DNA from: Parcubacteria bacterium C7867-007
GTDB taxonomy: Bacteria; Patescibacteriota; Minisyncoccia; Phycocordibacterales; Phycocordibacteraceae
Direction of reading: 5' to 3'
Length of the DNA stretch: 64,000 bases
Assembly (NCBI GenBank): GCA_001189195.1
Contig: LFCQ01000002.1
Coordinates: 68,997-132,996, forward strand
Shown here: positions 16,310 to 26,265 of the stretch, piece after piece
Layout: the number at the start of each line of letters is the position of its first letter
Position numbering within the stretch: the stretch's first letter is position 1
Translations under genes and position numbers: made by a program
The notes under the pieces: generated by a model
Seen by the model: the letters and a program-made list of their open reading frames with translations, nothing else
Told to the model about the DNA's origin: nothing
Databases searched by the model: none

Positions 16310-17572
16310 CTATGATAACAGGAGCTTCTCGAGTTCTTCACCCACCACCTGCGCATCGCTCCACGGTGTTTTCTTTCCCTTAGCCTCCATAATGTACGGA
16401 TCAGTACCTTTGCCGGTGATAAGTACCGCATCTCCACTACGTGCACGTGAAAGTGCTTCATGAATTGCTTCACGTCGATCCATGAGTATCGTTGGGGTAC
16501 GCTTCATACCTTCAGCCATCGCGTCCATAATTGCTTGTGGATCCTCATCATACGGATCTTCGTTCGCAAGGATAACTTCATCACAATATTCGTCAGCAAT
16601 ACGGCCCATCTCTGGTCGTTTCCAAGTATCACGACCACCTCCTGTGTTACCGAGTACACAAATCTTTCGTCGTTCAGGGTATGCCTGATACAGAGCGATT
16701 AGAGAGTCGGGGGTGTGTGCGTAGTCCACTACCGCAAGGAAGTTTTGTCCTCGTTCAACACGTTCTGCACGTCCTGCAATACGCCCTAAGTTTCCAAGAG
16801 CCTTTGCACTTACCGGAACAGGTATTCCTACGAATGCAGCAGTCTTAATTGCTGCAAGCGCGTTACGTGCACTAAACGCACCAGGGTGCGGCAGGGATAC
16901 ATGCGTGTTATCGAAATCAAAATCTGTGGACTGATCAGTGAGTGAAAGATTCTCTGCGTCAGAAAGTGAGAAAGGGATAGACCGCTCAACAGGAAGTTGT
17001 AGGAAACGACGACCATACTCACTTTCGTTGTTTGCAATGATAGCTCTCGGTCGCTTGTTGGAACGAACAAGTGCTTTGCCAAGACGAAACTTAGCTTGAA
17101 AGTACTGCTCCATACCCCCATGAGATTCAATATGCTCCTTTTCAAGGTTGGTGAACACGAGCGCATCAAGTGAAAGAAACAGATGACGATACTGAAGTGC
17201 AGACTCACTCGTGAGTTCAATCACGGCGTGCGTTGCACCATCATGTACTGCTTCAGCGAGCAGTTTCTGGATAAACCCACGACCAGGCAGTGTCATCTTG
17301 AACTTATTCGCTCGTGTACTTTTACCAGTCTTGAAATGAATAGTGCTTGATACTGCAACGGTGTACCCAGCTTCCTCTAGAATCGCTGCGATCATTTCTG
17401 TTACTGATGATTTTCCTTTAGTGCCCGTAACACCAATCACGACAAGCTTCTTTGCAGGGAATCCATAGCGAATTGCACTGATCAAAGACCAACCCACATG
17501 ATACGGAATCAGGATTGCTCGGTACCAAGAGCGGGGAAGGAGACCCTCAATGAATCGTTTAAGTGTCCCCAT
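16310..17572 (-). CDS. murE: UDP-N-acetylmuramyl-tripeptide synthetase MurE
   Basis: IGVTGTKGKSS, FTNL..EH, DYAHTPD, GGGRD.WKRP.MG, EDP. Confidence 0.9.
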   Translation of the reverse strand: MGTLKRFIEGLLPRSWYRAILIPYHVGWSLISAIRYGFPAKKLVVIGVTGTKGKSSVTEMIAAILEEAGYTVAVSSTIHFKTGKSTRANKFKMTLPGRGFIQKLLAEAVHDGATHAVIELTSESALQYRHLFLSLDALVFTNLEKEHIESHGGMEQYFQAKFRLGKALVRSNKRPRAIIANNESEYGRRFLQLPVERSIPFSLSDAENLSLTDQSTDFDFDNTHVSLPHPGAFSARNALAAIKTAAFVGIPVPVSAKALGNLGRIAGRAERVERGQNFLAVVDYAHTPDSLIALYQAYPERRKICVLGNTGGGRDTWKRPEMGRIADEYCDEVILANEDPYDEDPQAIMDAMAEGMKRTPTILMDRREAIHEALSRARSGDAVLITGKGTDPYIMEAKGKKTPWSDAQVVGEELEKLLLS

Positions 17573-17574
17573 AT

Positions 17575-18129
17575 CTACCGTGACTTACCAGCAAGCGCTG
17601 CCTTAAGACGCGCATCACGACCAACAATATGCATGGGTACTGCGCTGAGCGCCGTACGCGCTTCACGATCGGTATACCCAAGCGCAACCAACGTATCAAA
17701 TACTTCTGCATCTTCATCGTCATGTTTCGCATCCGTTGGAGTGACCTTCTCTGAAAGCTCCACCACCAACTTCTCTGCAGCTTTATTCCCAAGCCCAACC
17801 ACACGCGTGAGGTATGAGAGGTCTCGCGAAGCTATTGCTGTCTCAAGTGATTCACGTGACGCACGGGAGAATATGGAAAGGGCAGTCTTAGGACCCACCC
17901 CTGAAACAGTGAGGAGTTGCTCAAAGAAGCGACGATCCTCTTCGGTGCTGAAGCCATAGAGATCCACACCATCCTGTTTAAATGCCATATAAGTCTTAAG
18001 ACGAACCTGGTCACCTGGTGCAAGCATATCCGCAGCTGCCAGATGGACGAAGATACCAAATCCGGCCACCTCTACGATGGCGCCCCCTGGTTCATTCCCT
18101 ATAACCACCCCGCTTAGCTCACGAATCAT
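17575..18129 (-). CDS. ruvA: Holliday junction DNA-binding protein RuvA
   Basis: LYGF..F..LLTVSGVGPKTAL, GLGNKAAEKLVVEL, LVALGY. Confidence 0.95.
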   Translation of the reverse strand: MIRELSGVVIGNEPGGAIVEVAGFGIFVHLAAADMLAPGDQVRLKTYMAFKQDGVDLYGFSTEEDRRFFEQLLTVSGVGPKTALSIFSRASRESLETAIASRDLSYLTRVVGLGNKAAEKLVVELSEKVTPTDAKHDDEDAEVFDTLVALGYTDREARTALSAVPMHIVGRDARLKAALAGKSR

Positions 18130-18185
18130 ATTAGGTATCGTACCATTTGCACGCGCGAGCGTTATAGCGTACTATCTCCTCACCT

Positions 18186-18455
18186 ATGGCAATTACCGCA
18201 AACGCAAAGAAGGCACACCGCGCATCCCTCAAGAAGCGCGTATTCAATGTGCGCCGCAAGCGTGTCCTTACGACCGCTACCAAAGAAGCAAAGAAGCAGA
18301 TCGCTCTAAATGCAGCAGATACTGCAACTTCACTTTCACAGGCATATAAGGCTATTGATAAGGCAGCTAAGCGCGGCATCATTAAGAAGAACACTGCATC
18401 TCGCAAGAAGTCCCGTCTCGCACTGGCACTCAAGCGAGCAACAGCAACTGCGTAA
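18186..18455 (+). CDS. rpsT: 30S ribosomal protein S20
   Basis: AYKAIDKAAKRGIIKKNTASRKKSRL. Confidence 0.95.
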   Translation: MAITANAKKAHRASLKKRVFNVRRKRVLTTATKEAKKQIALNAADTATSLSQAYKAIDKAAKRGIIKKNTASRKKSRLALALKRATATA

Positions 18456-18505
18456 AAGAAAAGACCCGGATCAATTCCGGGTCTTTTCTTTTACTAACTA
18501 CGTTT

Positions 18506-18580
18506 TGGTGCTCCCGGCAGGAATCGAACCTACATCGTATCCTCCGCAAGGATATGTCCTATCCATTGAACGACGGGAGC
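18506..18580 (-). tRNA. tRNA-Arg(GCG)
   Basis: GCTCCCG acceptor stem, anticodon arm TATCC-TTGCGGA-GGATA, 3' ACCA. Confidence 0.92.
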
Positions 18581-18647
18581 AATGAGAGACAAACAAAAAT
18601 GTTCGTCCCGTGCTGACTGTATCGTCTGGAGGCCCTATTTGCAAGAA

Positions 18648-19121
18648 TTAGTGACGAAAAAGATGCTCTAAGCGATCCATGAGTGAATTCTCATGCATAC
18701 CCTCAGGTAGATGTTGTGAGACGTAGTCATACACCTCAAGCGGGTCATGATCAACGATTGGAATGTATATATGGGGGGCAAAGATATGATTTGTCTTTAT
18801 AGAAAGGGCAGGGGGAAGGGTGTTGTCTATGTATTCCAGTACCGAGAAGTCCACCATGTCTTTGTATAGATACAGGCTGTTATCAATACCAACACCATTG
18901 TCATAGATAGCGAAACGGTGTGTACGAGGATGCTTTGCGGCAGAGAGTGCGAGAGAGCCTGCGGCAGCAATCACTACAAGTGCGAGGAGAATGTTGTTGA
19001 AGAGTACACAAGCGATCGCTGCAGCGATCGCGATAATACCAAGTGCCCAGTACCAGTCGGCACCTTTCTCTTCAAACACATATTCTCTACCGAACCACTC
19101 GAAGATAGGAGTGTGGGGCAT
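18648..19121 (-). CDS. Two-TM hypothetical protein
   Basis: EW...EY..EK.ADWYWALGII pattern followed by two TM segments. Confidence 0.75.
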   Translation of the reverse strand: MPHTPIFEWFGREYVFEEKGADWYWALGIIAIAAAIACVLFNNILLALVVIAAAGSLALSAAKHPRTHRFAIYDNGVGIDNSLYLYKDMVDFSVLEYIDNTLPPALSIKTNHIFAPHIYIPIVDHDPLEVYDYVSQHLPEGMHENSLMDRLEHLFRH

Positions 19122-19159
19122 GTCGATATGATAGCACTTGCGTGCTATCTTTTATCTAT

Positions 19160-20356
19160 ATGTGGATGCGTCCTGGAATAGTTGCAGCGGGCTCGTTGCC
19201 AACAATTCCTGGGGTAACAAACTTTAGTCGTGCGAATAACGCTGCGTTTCTTACTGCACTCTCCGCAGTGAAAGCAGGAACGAATGATGTAAAGATCGCG
19301 TGTATGGGTGACAGTATCACCGCAGGTAAAGGTGCAACGGTATCAGTAAATGGCTGGACGGGTGCGCGTGCAGGCGCATATCCTCGTCTTCTTAGAACGG
19401 CTCTTGCTAGTGCATCAATTCCTTCCATTCAGGCAGACTTTTGGGGAGAGGGTACCTCACTTGGTACAACTTCAGATATTGATCTATACATGGGTAACAT
19501 TGCGCGCTCTGGATCTGGGTTTGCAATATCGGGCTCAGTGCAAAGTATTGCAGGCCTTTCCCACGCACAGAATGGTAGCCAGGTTGATAGCACCAGCACC
19601 ATTACCTATACCTGTCCTGCAGGAATGGTTGCAGATAGTGTGGCGGTCTTCACCGCACGCAATACTAGTATTGGTAAATATGTAGTGTCTCTTGATGGGG
19701 GAGCAGAAAGTCCAGAAGTGGATACTGCAGGAACCCCTGGCGCATTCACCACCACATTCTCCTATGCTTCCGCAGCCACTGGACACACGGTTCGCATTCG
19801 CAAATCAAGCACTACTGCCATTGGAGTGTTTGTGCTCGGTGTGTATTTCTATAACAGTTCAGAAAAGGGTCTCCAGCTTTGGAACTGGGGTCGAGGTGGT
19901 TGGAGAACAGACGATTGGGTAAACTCAACAAGCGCGTGGTTTCCGGGGTTCCATTACCATACACAAGGCGCAAAACTGACAATTGTTGAGTTGTGGGGTA
20001 ACGATGCCATCTCTCGACCTTCAAGCACCACAACCACCATAACGAATCTCACGACGATCATCGATAACTTACAGGCAGCAGGTTCCACGGTGTGGATCGT
20101 AAACCCCCAACCATTTGATCCTGCAGGCTCAATCGGAAGTACTGCATCATCACTGTACCGGTCGGCAGTTGCTAGTCTCGCTGACTCAAAGAATTGCACG
20201 CTCATTGATGAAACACATCACTACCCAACATGGTCCGCATGGAATGGTGCAGGGTTTGCATGGGATGCAAATCACCCTTCACAAACGGGATATCAGCACA
20301 AAGTAGATAGTTTCTATACCCCAATGCTACGAGCTCTGTGGGCAGCCGCACCATAA
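19160..20356 (+). CDS. SGNH/GDSL hydrolase family protein with inserted beta-rich domain
   Basis: GDSITAG block I, GRGG, WGND, DANHP catalytic motifs. Confidence 0.8.
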   Translation: MWMRPGIVAAGSLPTIPGVTNFSRANNAAFLTALSAVKAGTNDVKIACMGDSITAGKGATVSVNGWTGARAGAYPRLLRTALASASIPSIQADFWGEGTSLGTTSDIDLYMGNIARSGSGFAISGSVQSIAGLSHAQNGSQVDSTSTITYTCPAGMVADSVAVFTARNTSIGKYVVSLDGGAESPEVDTAGTPGAFTTTFSYASAATGHTVRIRKSSTTAIGVFVLGVYFYNSSEKGLQLWNWGRGGWRTDDWVNSTSAWFPGFHYHTQGAKLTIVELWGNDAISRPSSTTTTITNLTTIIDNLQAAGSTVWIVNPQPFDPAGSIGSTASSLYRSAVASLADSKNCTLIDETHHYPTWSAWNGAGFAWDANHPSQTGYQHKVDSFYTPMLRALWAAAP

Positions 20357-20397
20357 AGAAACAACCGCCGAAGGGCGGTTGTTTCTTTATGGTGCGG
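20346..20397. terminator. 24-bp perfect inverted repeat between the SGNH gene and tRNA-Ser
   Basis: CCGCACCATAAAGAAACAACCGCC-GAAG-GGCGGTTGTTTCTTTATGGTGCGG. Confidence 0.8.
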
Positions 20398-20481
20398 AGG
20401 GGGAGAGATTCGAACTCTCGGTCCCCGTAAAGAGACTCCTGTTTTCAAGACAGGTGCAATCGACCACTCTGCCACCCCTCC
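20395..20481 (-). tRNA. tRNA-Ser(TGA)
   Basis: GGAGGGG acceptor stem, CCTGT-CTTGAAA-ACAGG anticodon arm, long variable arm. Confidence 0.93.
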
Positions 20482-20588
20482 GTGTCTTACGCGTATAAAC
20501 GCGGTACGGGCATACTACCCTCAATAGCGAACTAAGGCCAGAGTGTGGATACGTAGTGCGAAAGAATAGCTCCTGCTAGGATACCTAT

Positions 20589-21341
20589 ATGAAATATCTC
20601 GGCATAGATTACGGTACTAAAAAGGTTGGCCTCGCTCTCTCGGATGATGGGGGTTCAATGGGATTCCCGCACAGCATCCTCCCCAACGATGTGCGTCTAT
20701 TTGATGCTATTCGCGAATTAATCACCAAAGAAAAGGTAGAGGCGGTGGTGATGGGGGAGTCTCGAGACTTCTCAGGAGCTGAGAACCCTGTTGCAGAAGA
20801 AGCACGTACGTTTGCTACGCGTCTTGTTGAGGCTGGCACACCCGTACACTTTGAACCAGAGATGCTCACTACTCAAGAAGCACGTCGTGACTTCGAGGGG
20901 ATACGTACGAGTGGTCATGCAGTGGTGGATTCTTCTGCAGCAGCACTCATCCTAACCAGCTACCTGTCTCGCACCCCGGTTGTTGAAGAACCAGTACCAA
21001 CGGGCAAGCCACAAATCTCCATCGATGAGTTTCTAAAGATTGAAGTGAAGATGGGATTTGTGCGAACAGCAGAGCGGGTTGAGGATACAGACAAACTTCT
21101 CCGTCTCACCGTTGACTTCAATGAACCAAATGGGCCGCGCCAGATTGTTTCCGGTATCGCAATGTATGTTGAAACTCCAGAAGCACTTATTGGTAGACAA
21201 CTAGCATTTGTAACAAACTTAAAACCCCGTACCATCAAAGGGCTTGAATCAAACGGCATGCTCTTTGCTGTTGGTGAAGGAGATACTTTCGCATTTGTCA
21301 CACCTGATCGTGAGGTTCCTCCAGGTACTGCTGCACACTAA
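20589..21341 (+). CDS. YqgF/RuvX nuclease fused to a tRNA-binding OB domain (Trbp111/MetRS-C type)
   Basis: LGIDYGTKKVGLA..VDSSAAALIL then ISIDEFLKIEV..DKLLRL..RQIVSGI..NLKPR..GLESNGM. Confidence 0.85.
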   Translation: MKYLGIDYGTKKVGLALSDDGGSMGFPHSILPNDVRLFDAIRELITKEKVEAVVMGESRDFSGAENPVAEEARTFATRLVEAGTPVHFEPEMLTTQEARRDFEGIRTSGHAVVDSSAAALILTSYLSRTPVVEEPVPTGKPQISIDEFLKIEVKMGFVRTAERVEDTDKLLRLTVDFNEPNGPRQIVSGIAMYVETPEALIGRQLAFVTNLKPRTIKGLESNGMLFAVGEGDTFAFVTPDREVPPGTAAH

Positions 21342-21402
21342 TTCATATTTGTAGGCATAACATACTGCGCACACCTCAACTGACGCGCTATACTAGGCGG
21401 TA

Positions 21403-22488
21403 ATGAAGCAATCGCTTGCACATTTCGCGCGCATTGAATTTGCTCCCCCAGATTACCTTGCCCTCCCAACGGCAGGTATGGATATTTCTGCAAGTGGCAT
21501 CAAGACCGTTCTCTTAAAAGAACGCATGCATGGGCTTGAAGTTTCTGCGATATCAGAGGAACGCCTACAGCCAGGCATTATTCAAAATGGAGAAATTGCA
21601 GACCACGCGACCCTCACCAAAGCACTCGCTATTGTTGCAGCACGTCATGGTATTCGTCGTGCAAACATAACACTCCCTGAGGCACGCGGGTACTTATTTG
21701 AAGCAGATGCTGCAGGAAAGAGTAAGAAGTTTTGGCGTACCAGTGTGGAGCAGCACCTCGATGAATATGTTCCACTGCCACCCGCAGAGGTGGCGTTCGA
21801 TGTGGCACCGCTTATGGTAAAAGGTGATTCAGTGCACGTGGTTGGCATAGGGTATGCACGTCGTGTGGCTGATGCAGCGGTGCAGGTATTCGAAGATGCG
21901 GGTATTGAAGTACGTTCACTCGAGAGTGAAACATTCGCACTTCCGCGTGCAATCTTGCCGCATGGTGATACAGAAACGGTAATGGTGATTGATATTGGTA
22001 AGACCACAACAAAACTGCTGGTGGTGTCTCATCGACTTCCTCGCTTTGCCACCACCCTTGATGTGGGAGGTCATGCGCTCACCCTTGCGGTTCAGAAACA
22101 CTTTGGTGTTTCTGAAGAAGAAGCAAAGCGTGTGAAGGCAGAGCAGGGATTGGTGGCAGGTGCAGAAAATGCAGAGTATCAGGCAGCAATGCTCTCCACG
22201 GTTTCTGTCATTCGTGAAGAGATCGTGCGACGTCTTGATTATTGGCAGAGCAGAGCAGGGCAGATACCGGCACATGAACCGGTAACACGAGCGATCTTGG
22301 TAGGAGGAAATGCAACCGTACGTGGTCTCCCAGAATATCTAGGAGCATCATTGAAAATACCGGTTGAACTGGGTGATGTGTTTAAGAATCTAGCGTCACG
22401 TGATGACTGGCTTCCACCGATTGATTATATGGAATCACTTGCATACGGTACGGCTGTAGGGCTCGCACTACGAGAATATGTCATCTGA
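21403..22488 (+). CDS. pilM: Type IV pilus assembly protein PilM
   Basis: GMDIS, VIDIGKTTT, AILVGGNA..GL, YGTAVGLALR actin-like motifs. Confidence 0.88.
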   Translation: MKQSLAHFARIEFAPPDYLALPTAGMDISASGIKTVLLKERMHGLEVSAISEERLQPGIIQNGEIADHATLTKALAIVAARHGIRRANITLPEARGYLFEADAAGKSKKFWRTSVEQHLDEYVPLPPAEVAFDVAPLMVKGDSVHVVGIGYARRVADAAVQVFEDAGIEVRSLESETFALPRAILPHGDTETVMVIDIGKTTTKLLVVSHRLPRFATTLDVGGHALTLAVQKHFGVSEEEAKRVKAEQGLVAGAENAEYQAAMLSTVSVIREEIVRRLDYWQSRAGQIPAHEPVTRAILVGGNATVRGLPEYLGASLKIPVELGDVFKNLASRDDWLPPIDYMESLAYGTAVGLALREYVI

Positions 22489-23035
22489 ACTCACTAATCT
22501 TCTCCCTCGTTCAAGCGCTAAAGCGTTCAAGCACGGGTATCTTTTACGCGTGGCAGCACTTGCGCTGTTTATGCTCACGCTACTGATCGTGATCCACGGT
22601 CTTCTTCTTGCTCCAAGTTATCTCTACGCACGCACCGAAGTGGTGCGACAAACAAAGCAGCTTGAGGGATTGGATGCGAGCCTACAAACTTCAGAAGAGA
22701 AAGAGGTGCGCGCTCGCCTCGGAAGTCTTACCGGTAATGTTACGTATTTGAATCGTCTTGCCACCACCACTGCAGCATCTGATGTGGTGCGAAGGATTCT
22801 AGATGTTCCTCGTAGTGGTGTACAGATATCTGGCTTCACCTACGCGCCTTCCACTAAAGATGGTGCCCGCATGACTGTTTCAGGAGTTGCCTCATCACGA
22901 GACACACTGCGTGCCTATGCGCTGGCACTCGGGCAGCTGCCGTTTGTAACAAATGCTGATCTGCCAATCAGTGCATACGCAAAGGAGAATGACATTCCAT
23001 TCACCATCACCCTTACAGGAACCTTGAAGCCATGA
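22478..23035 (+). CDS. PilN-like protein
   Basis: NLLP N-terminal motif, TM, SG.A.SRDTL, follows pilM. Confidence 0.75.
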   Translation: MSSELTNLLPRSSAKAFKHGYLLRVAALALFMLTLLIVIHGLLLAPSYLYARTEVVRQTKQLEGLDASLQTSEEKEVRARLGSLTGNVTYLNRLATTTAASDVVRRILDVPRSGVQISGFTYAPSTKDGARMTVSGVASSRDTLRAYALALGQLPFVTNADLPISAYAKENDIPFTITLTGTLKP

Positions 23036-23574
23036 AAAAGCCTCTGACACATCTTATTGTTTCTTTAGTACTGCTCATCGTAGCGATTGGCGCATACGGG
23101 GTGTGGTTTGTGGTGGTAGATACCGAAAGCGCAAAGGCACGCGCACTTAGTGCTGAGATTAAAACAAAGAGCCAGGACGCATTACGTATCGCCGAAGCAA
23201 AGGAAGCGCTTGCCGCACTTGCTATGAACGAATCAGCAGTGAATTCACACTTCATCTCACCTAACGACGTGGTGCCATTCCTTGGTGGCCTTGGTGCTAC
23301 TGGTGCCGCATTGGGTTCAAAGGTAGAGGTGGTTTCGGTGGGTGCAGATAACGCTACAGCAGGGCAGGGCCATCTCAATCTATCTCTACGCATCACGGGT
23401 AGTTTTAATGCAGTGCTTCGTACGCTTGGTGCACTTGAATATGCACCATACGATATCTCTCTCACCAATCTCTCGTTTGATACGAGCGGTGACTCACTTT
23501 GGTCAGCAGCCGTTACAGTAAAGGTTGGAACAGGTCCTGTGGTACCAAAACCTGTCGTAAAACCAGCATCATGA
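23032..23574 (+). CDS. PilO-like protein
   Basis: TM + coiled coil, ITGSF..V...L..LE; operon position. Confidence 0.65.
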   Translation: MKKPLTHLIVSLVLLIVAIGAYGVWFVVVDTESAKARALSAEIKTKSQDALRIAEAKEALAALAMNESAVNSHFISPNDVVPFLGGLGATGAALGSKVEVVSVGADNATAGQGHLNLSLRITGSFNAVLRTLGALEYAPYDISLTNLSFDTSGDSLWSAAVTVKVGTGPVVPKPVVKPAS

Positions 23575-23906
23575 AATTAACCCTCCCAAAACTTTCAAAG
23601 AACTCTCCCTCACTTAAGTATGGTGAGCGTCTGAATCCATCACGGGACTGGCTCATTCTTGTAATGGTATTTGTTCTTCTCTTGCTCGGAAGTCTTGGGT
23701 GGAATATCTGGCTTTTTGATCGTGTAACAAATGGTGATGCAATAGGAAATGCCACGGCACCTGCACCACTCAACCCCGCATCAATTGATTCTGTTAATGC
23801 ACTATTTGAAGCACGCGCCGTAAAGGAAACAGACTATAAGAACAGTCGATTCGTAGACCCCTCCACTTCAGCGGCTCCAGGTGCTAGTGTTGAAGTGCCC
23901 CTATAG
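23571..23906 (+). CDS. Single-TM protein, last gene of the pilMNO operon (stop overlaps tRNA-Arg 5' end)
   Basis: ATGA overlap with upstream gene; P.RDW + TM. Confidence 0.7.
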   Translation: MKLTLPKLSKNSPSLKYGERLNPSRDWLILVMVFVLLLLGSLGWNIWLFDRVTNGDAIGNATAPAPLNPASIDSVNALFEARAVKETDYKNSRFVDPSTSAAPGASVEVPL

Positions 23907-23968
23907 CTCAATGGATAGAGCAGGAGACTTCTAAGCTCTTGATCTAGGTTCGATTCCTGGTGGGGGCA
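23897..23968 (+). tRNA. tRNA-Arg(TCT)
   Basis: GCCCCTATAGCTCAATGGATAGAGCA..CTTCTAA..GGTTCGATTCC. Confidence 0.9.
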
Positions 23969-24010
23969 CTAAATAGAAAACACCTCGGATCTCTCCGAGG
24001 TGTTTTCTTC

Positions 24011-24086
24011 TGGTGCGGGCTGAGGGACTTGAACCCCCGACCATTCGAGTGTAAATCGAGTGCTCTACCAACTGAGCTAAGCCCGC
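24011..24086 (-). tRNA. tRNA-Val(TAC)
   Basis: GCGGGCTTAGCTCAGTTGGTAGAGC..TTTACAC..GGTTCAAGTCC..ACCA. Confidence 0.93.
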
Positions 24087-24142
24087 CTACCAGCTACCAT
24101 ACCGCATACTGAGCTTTTTTTGAAGTGTGCTAGGGTACCGAT

Positions 24143-24874
24143 ATGGATTTTCCGATTCTTTATGAAGATGATGCCATTGTGGCTATAGATAAGCCCATTG
24201 GAGTCATGACCCACCCGGATGGGCACTCAAGCGAAGAAACCGTCAGTGACTGGTTTGCAAAGCGATATCCGGCCTCTGCAGAGGTGGGGGAGACGCAGCG
24301 ATTACAGAACGGTACAGAGATTCTTCGTGCAGGTATTGTGCATCGTCTGGATCGCGACACCTCCGGTGTGATGATTCTCACAAAGACACCAGAAGCCCAT
24401 GCGTTCTATAAGGAATCATTTCAGGAACATGTAATACAGAAGACTTATCTTGCTTTTGTGTACGGAACCCTCAAGGAGTCTAAGGGAACGATTAATCTTC
24501 CTATCGGTCGCTCTGCATCAGACTTCCGTCTGCGTTCAGCACAACGTGGTTCGAAAGGGCTGCGTCGTGAAGCCATCACACACTACGAGGTGGTGGGGGA
24601 GAATGGCACGCACTCGCTTATTAAGGCGATGCCACAGACTGGTCGTACGCATCAGATCCGTGTGCACTTGAAGGCAATTCATCATCCCATCGTGTGTGAC
24701 CCACTCTACGCTCCTAACCAAAAGTGTGATCTTGGTTTCAAGCGTCTTGGTCTTCATGCATATCAGCTTGAGTTACCTCTGGCTTCAGGTGATCAAATTA
24801 AGATTACGGCCCCAATTCCAGACGAATTAAAGGAATCAGTGGCTAAATTCCCTGGTACCGAGGGCTTGGTATAG
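24143..24874 (+). CDS. RluA/RluD-family pseudouridine synthase
   Basis: IDKPIG, GIVHRLDRDTSG, TGRTHQIRVH, LHAY. Confidence 0.93.
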   Translation: MDFPILYEDDAIVAIDKPIGVMTHPDGHSSEETVSDWFAKRYPASAEVGETQRLQNGTEILRAGIVHRLDRDTSGVMILTKTPEAHAFYKESFQEHVIQKTYLAFVYGTLKESKGTINLPIGRSASDFRLRSAQRGSKGLRREAITHYEVVGENGTHSLIKAMPQTGRTHQIRVHLKAIHHPIVCDPLYAPNQKCDLGFKRLGLHAYQLELPLASGDQIKITAPIPDELKESVAKFPGTEGLV

Positions 24875-24921
24875 CTGCATATTTTGCTTTTATAAAGGCC
24901 GTGTGGTAGATTTTGCCTACT

Positions 24922-25494
24922 ATGAATTCCGTTATCACCCCCGTAAAGACGGCGGAGCGCACCGGCCTGGGCATCCGTCCTGGTGACACTGTACGTGTAC
25001 ATCAGAACATCATTGAGAAGGGCAAAACTCGTACTCAGGTGTTTGAAGGTCTCGTTATTTCTGTAAAGCATGGTACCGAAGCGGGTGCTACTTTCACCGT
25101 TCGCGCTACACTTTCTGGTGTTGGTGTTGAGCGTATTTTCCCACTCTTCGCTCCATTCATCTCAAAGATTGAGATCGTACGTCGCTCCAAGGTTCGTCGC
25201 GCTAAGCTCTACTTCATCCGTGAGAAGGTTGCTCGTGAGGTACGTCGCCAGCTCCGCAACATGCGCATGGTTAAGATGTCTACTGACGACTTTAAGGAGG
25301 AAGAAGTTCCTGCTGAAGTAGCTCCTGTAGAAGTTGAAGAGGTAATGGAACAAGACCCAGCACAGACTCCAGAAGGTGCAGACATGACCCCCGCAGAAGA
25401 GGAGGCAGGTGAGCCTGAAGCACCCGTCGTTGATGAGATGTCTGTTGACGCTCCAACTGAGGAAGAAAAGGAAAAGGAAGAGAAAGCTGCATAA
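24922..25494 (+). CDS. rplS: 50S ribosomal protein L19 with acidic C-terminal extension
   Basis: [34 protein letters not shown]. Confidence 0.95.
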   Translation: MNSVITPVKTAERTGLGIRPGDTVRVHQNIIEKGKTRTQVFEGLVISVKHGTEAGATFTVRATLSGVGVERIFPLFAPFISKIEIVRRSKVRRAKLYFIREKVAREVRRQLRNMRMVKMSTDDFKEEEVPAEVAPVEVEEVMEQDPAQTPEGADMTPAEEEAGEPEAPVVDEMSVDAPTEEEKEKEEKAA

Positions 25495-25578
25495 GATATA
25501 AAATCTTACTAAGGACAAAACGCCGGTATCAACCGGCGTTTTGTCTTACATAGGAATAATTCGCTCCATGCTTATGGT

Positions 25579-26253
25579 ATGGAGCGATATAAGCCGAGGG
25601 CAAGAAAAAAGGAAATAGCATGGTCTCCAGAAATGGCCTATGCAGTAGGACTTATGGCTTCTGATGGGTGTCTTTCGTCAAATCTGAGGCATCTTACACT
25701 TACATCTATAGACAAAGAATAGCTTGAGCATTTAAAGGACTGTTTGGAACTCTCGGCACCAATACAGAGATACAAATTAGGCAATGCCGATGGAATAGCA
25801 GATGGCTATAGAGTGCAATGGAGTGATGTAACCCTATATGACTTCTTTTTGGAGATTGGACTAACGTCTAAAAAATCCCTAACGATAGGAGCCCTCTATA
25901 TCCCGGATGAATATTTTTTCGAATTTTTGAGAGGATCATTTGACGGTGATGGATGTTTCTATAGTTACTTTGATCCGCGCTGGAAAAGTAGTTTCATGTT
26001 TTACATGATGTTTAGTTCTGGTAGTGAAGCACATATTAATTGGCTGCAAGAAACCATTAATAGATTGATTGGTTTAAAAGGCCACGTTACTCATGGGAAG
26101 AAAGGGAATGGAATTCATAACCTCAAGTATGCAAAGAAAGAATCACTTATACTTTTGTATCATCTGTATAAAAACAAGGAGGTTCCGCATCTTTCTCGCA
26201 AGAAGTTGAAAATAAACGATGCTTTACGTATAGTGGGGGAATCGATCAAATGA
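25579..26253 (+). pseudogene. Double-motif LAGLIDADG homing endonuclease interrupted by an in-frame TAG (25720-25722)
   Basis: MAYAVGLMASDGCL and FLRGSFDGDGCF motifs in the same frame either side of a single TAG; AT-rich. Confidence 0.8.
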
Positions 26254-26265
26254 TCGATGTTAGAG

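Noticed and set aside
25720-25722. Stop-codon reassignment (TAG read-through)
   Set aside because: TAG, TGA and TAA all terminate conserved genes in the window (for example yebC, polA and argS end in TAG); a single nonsense change is simpler.
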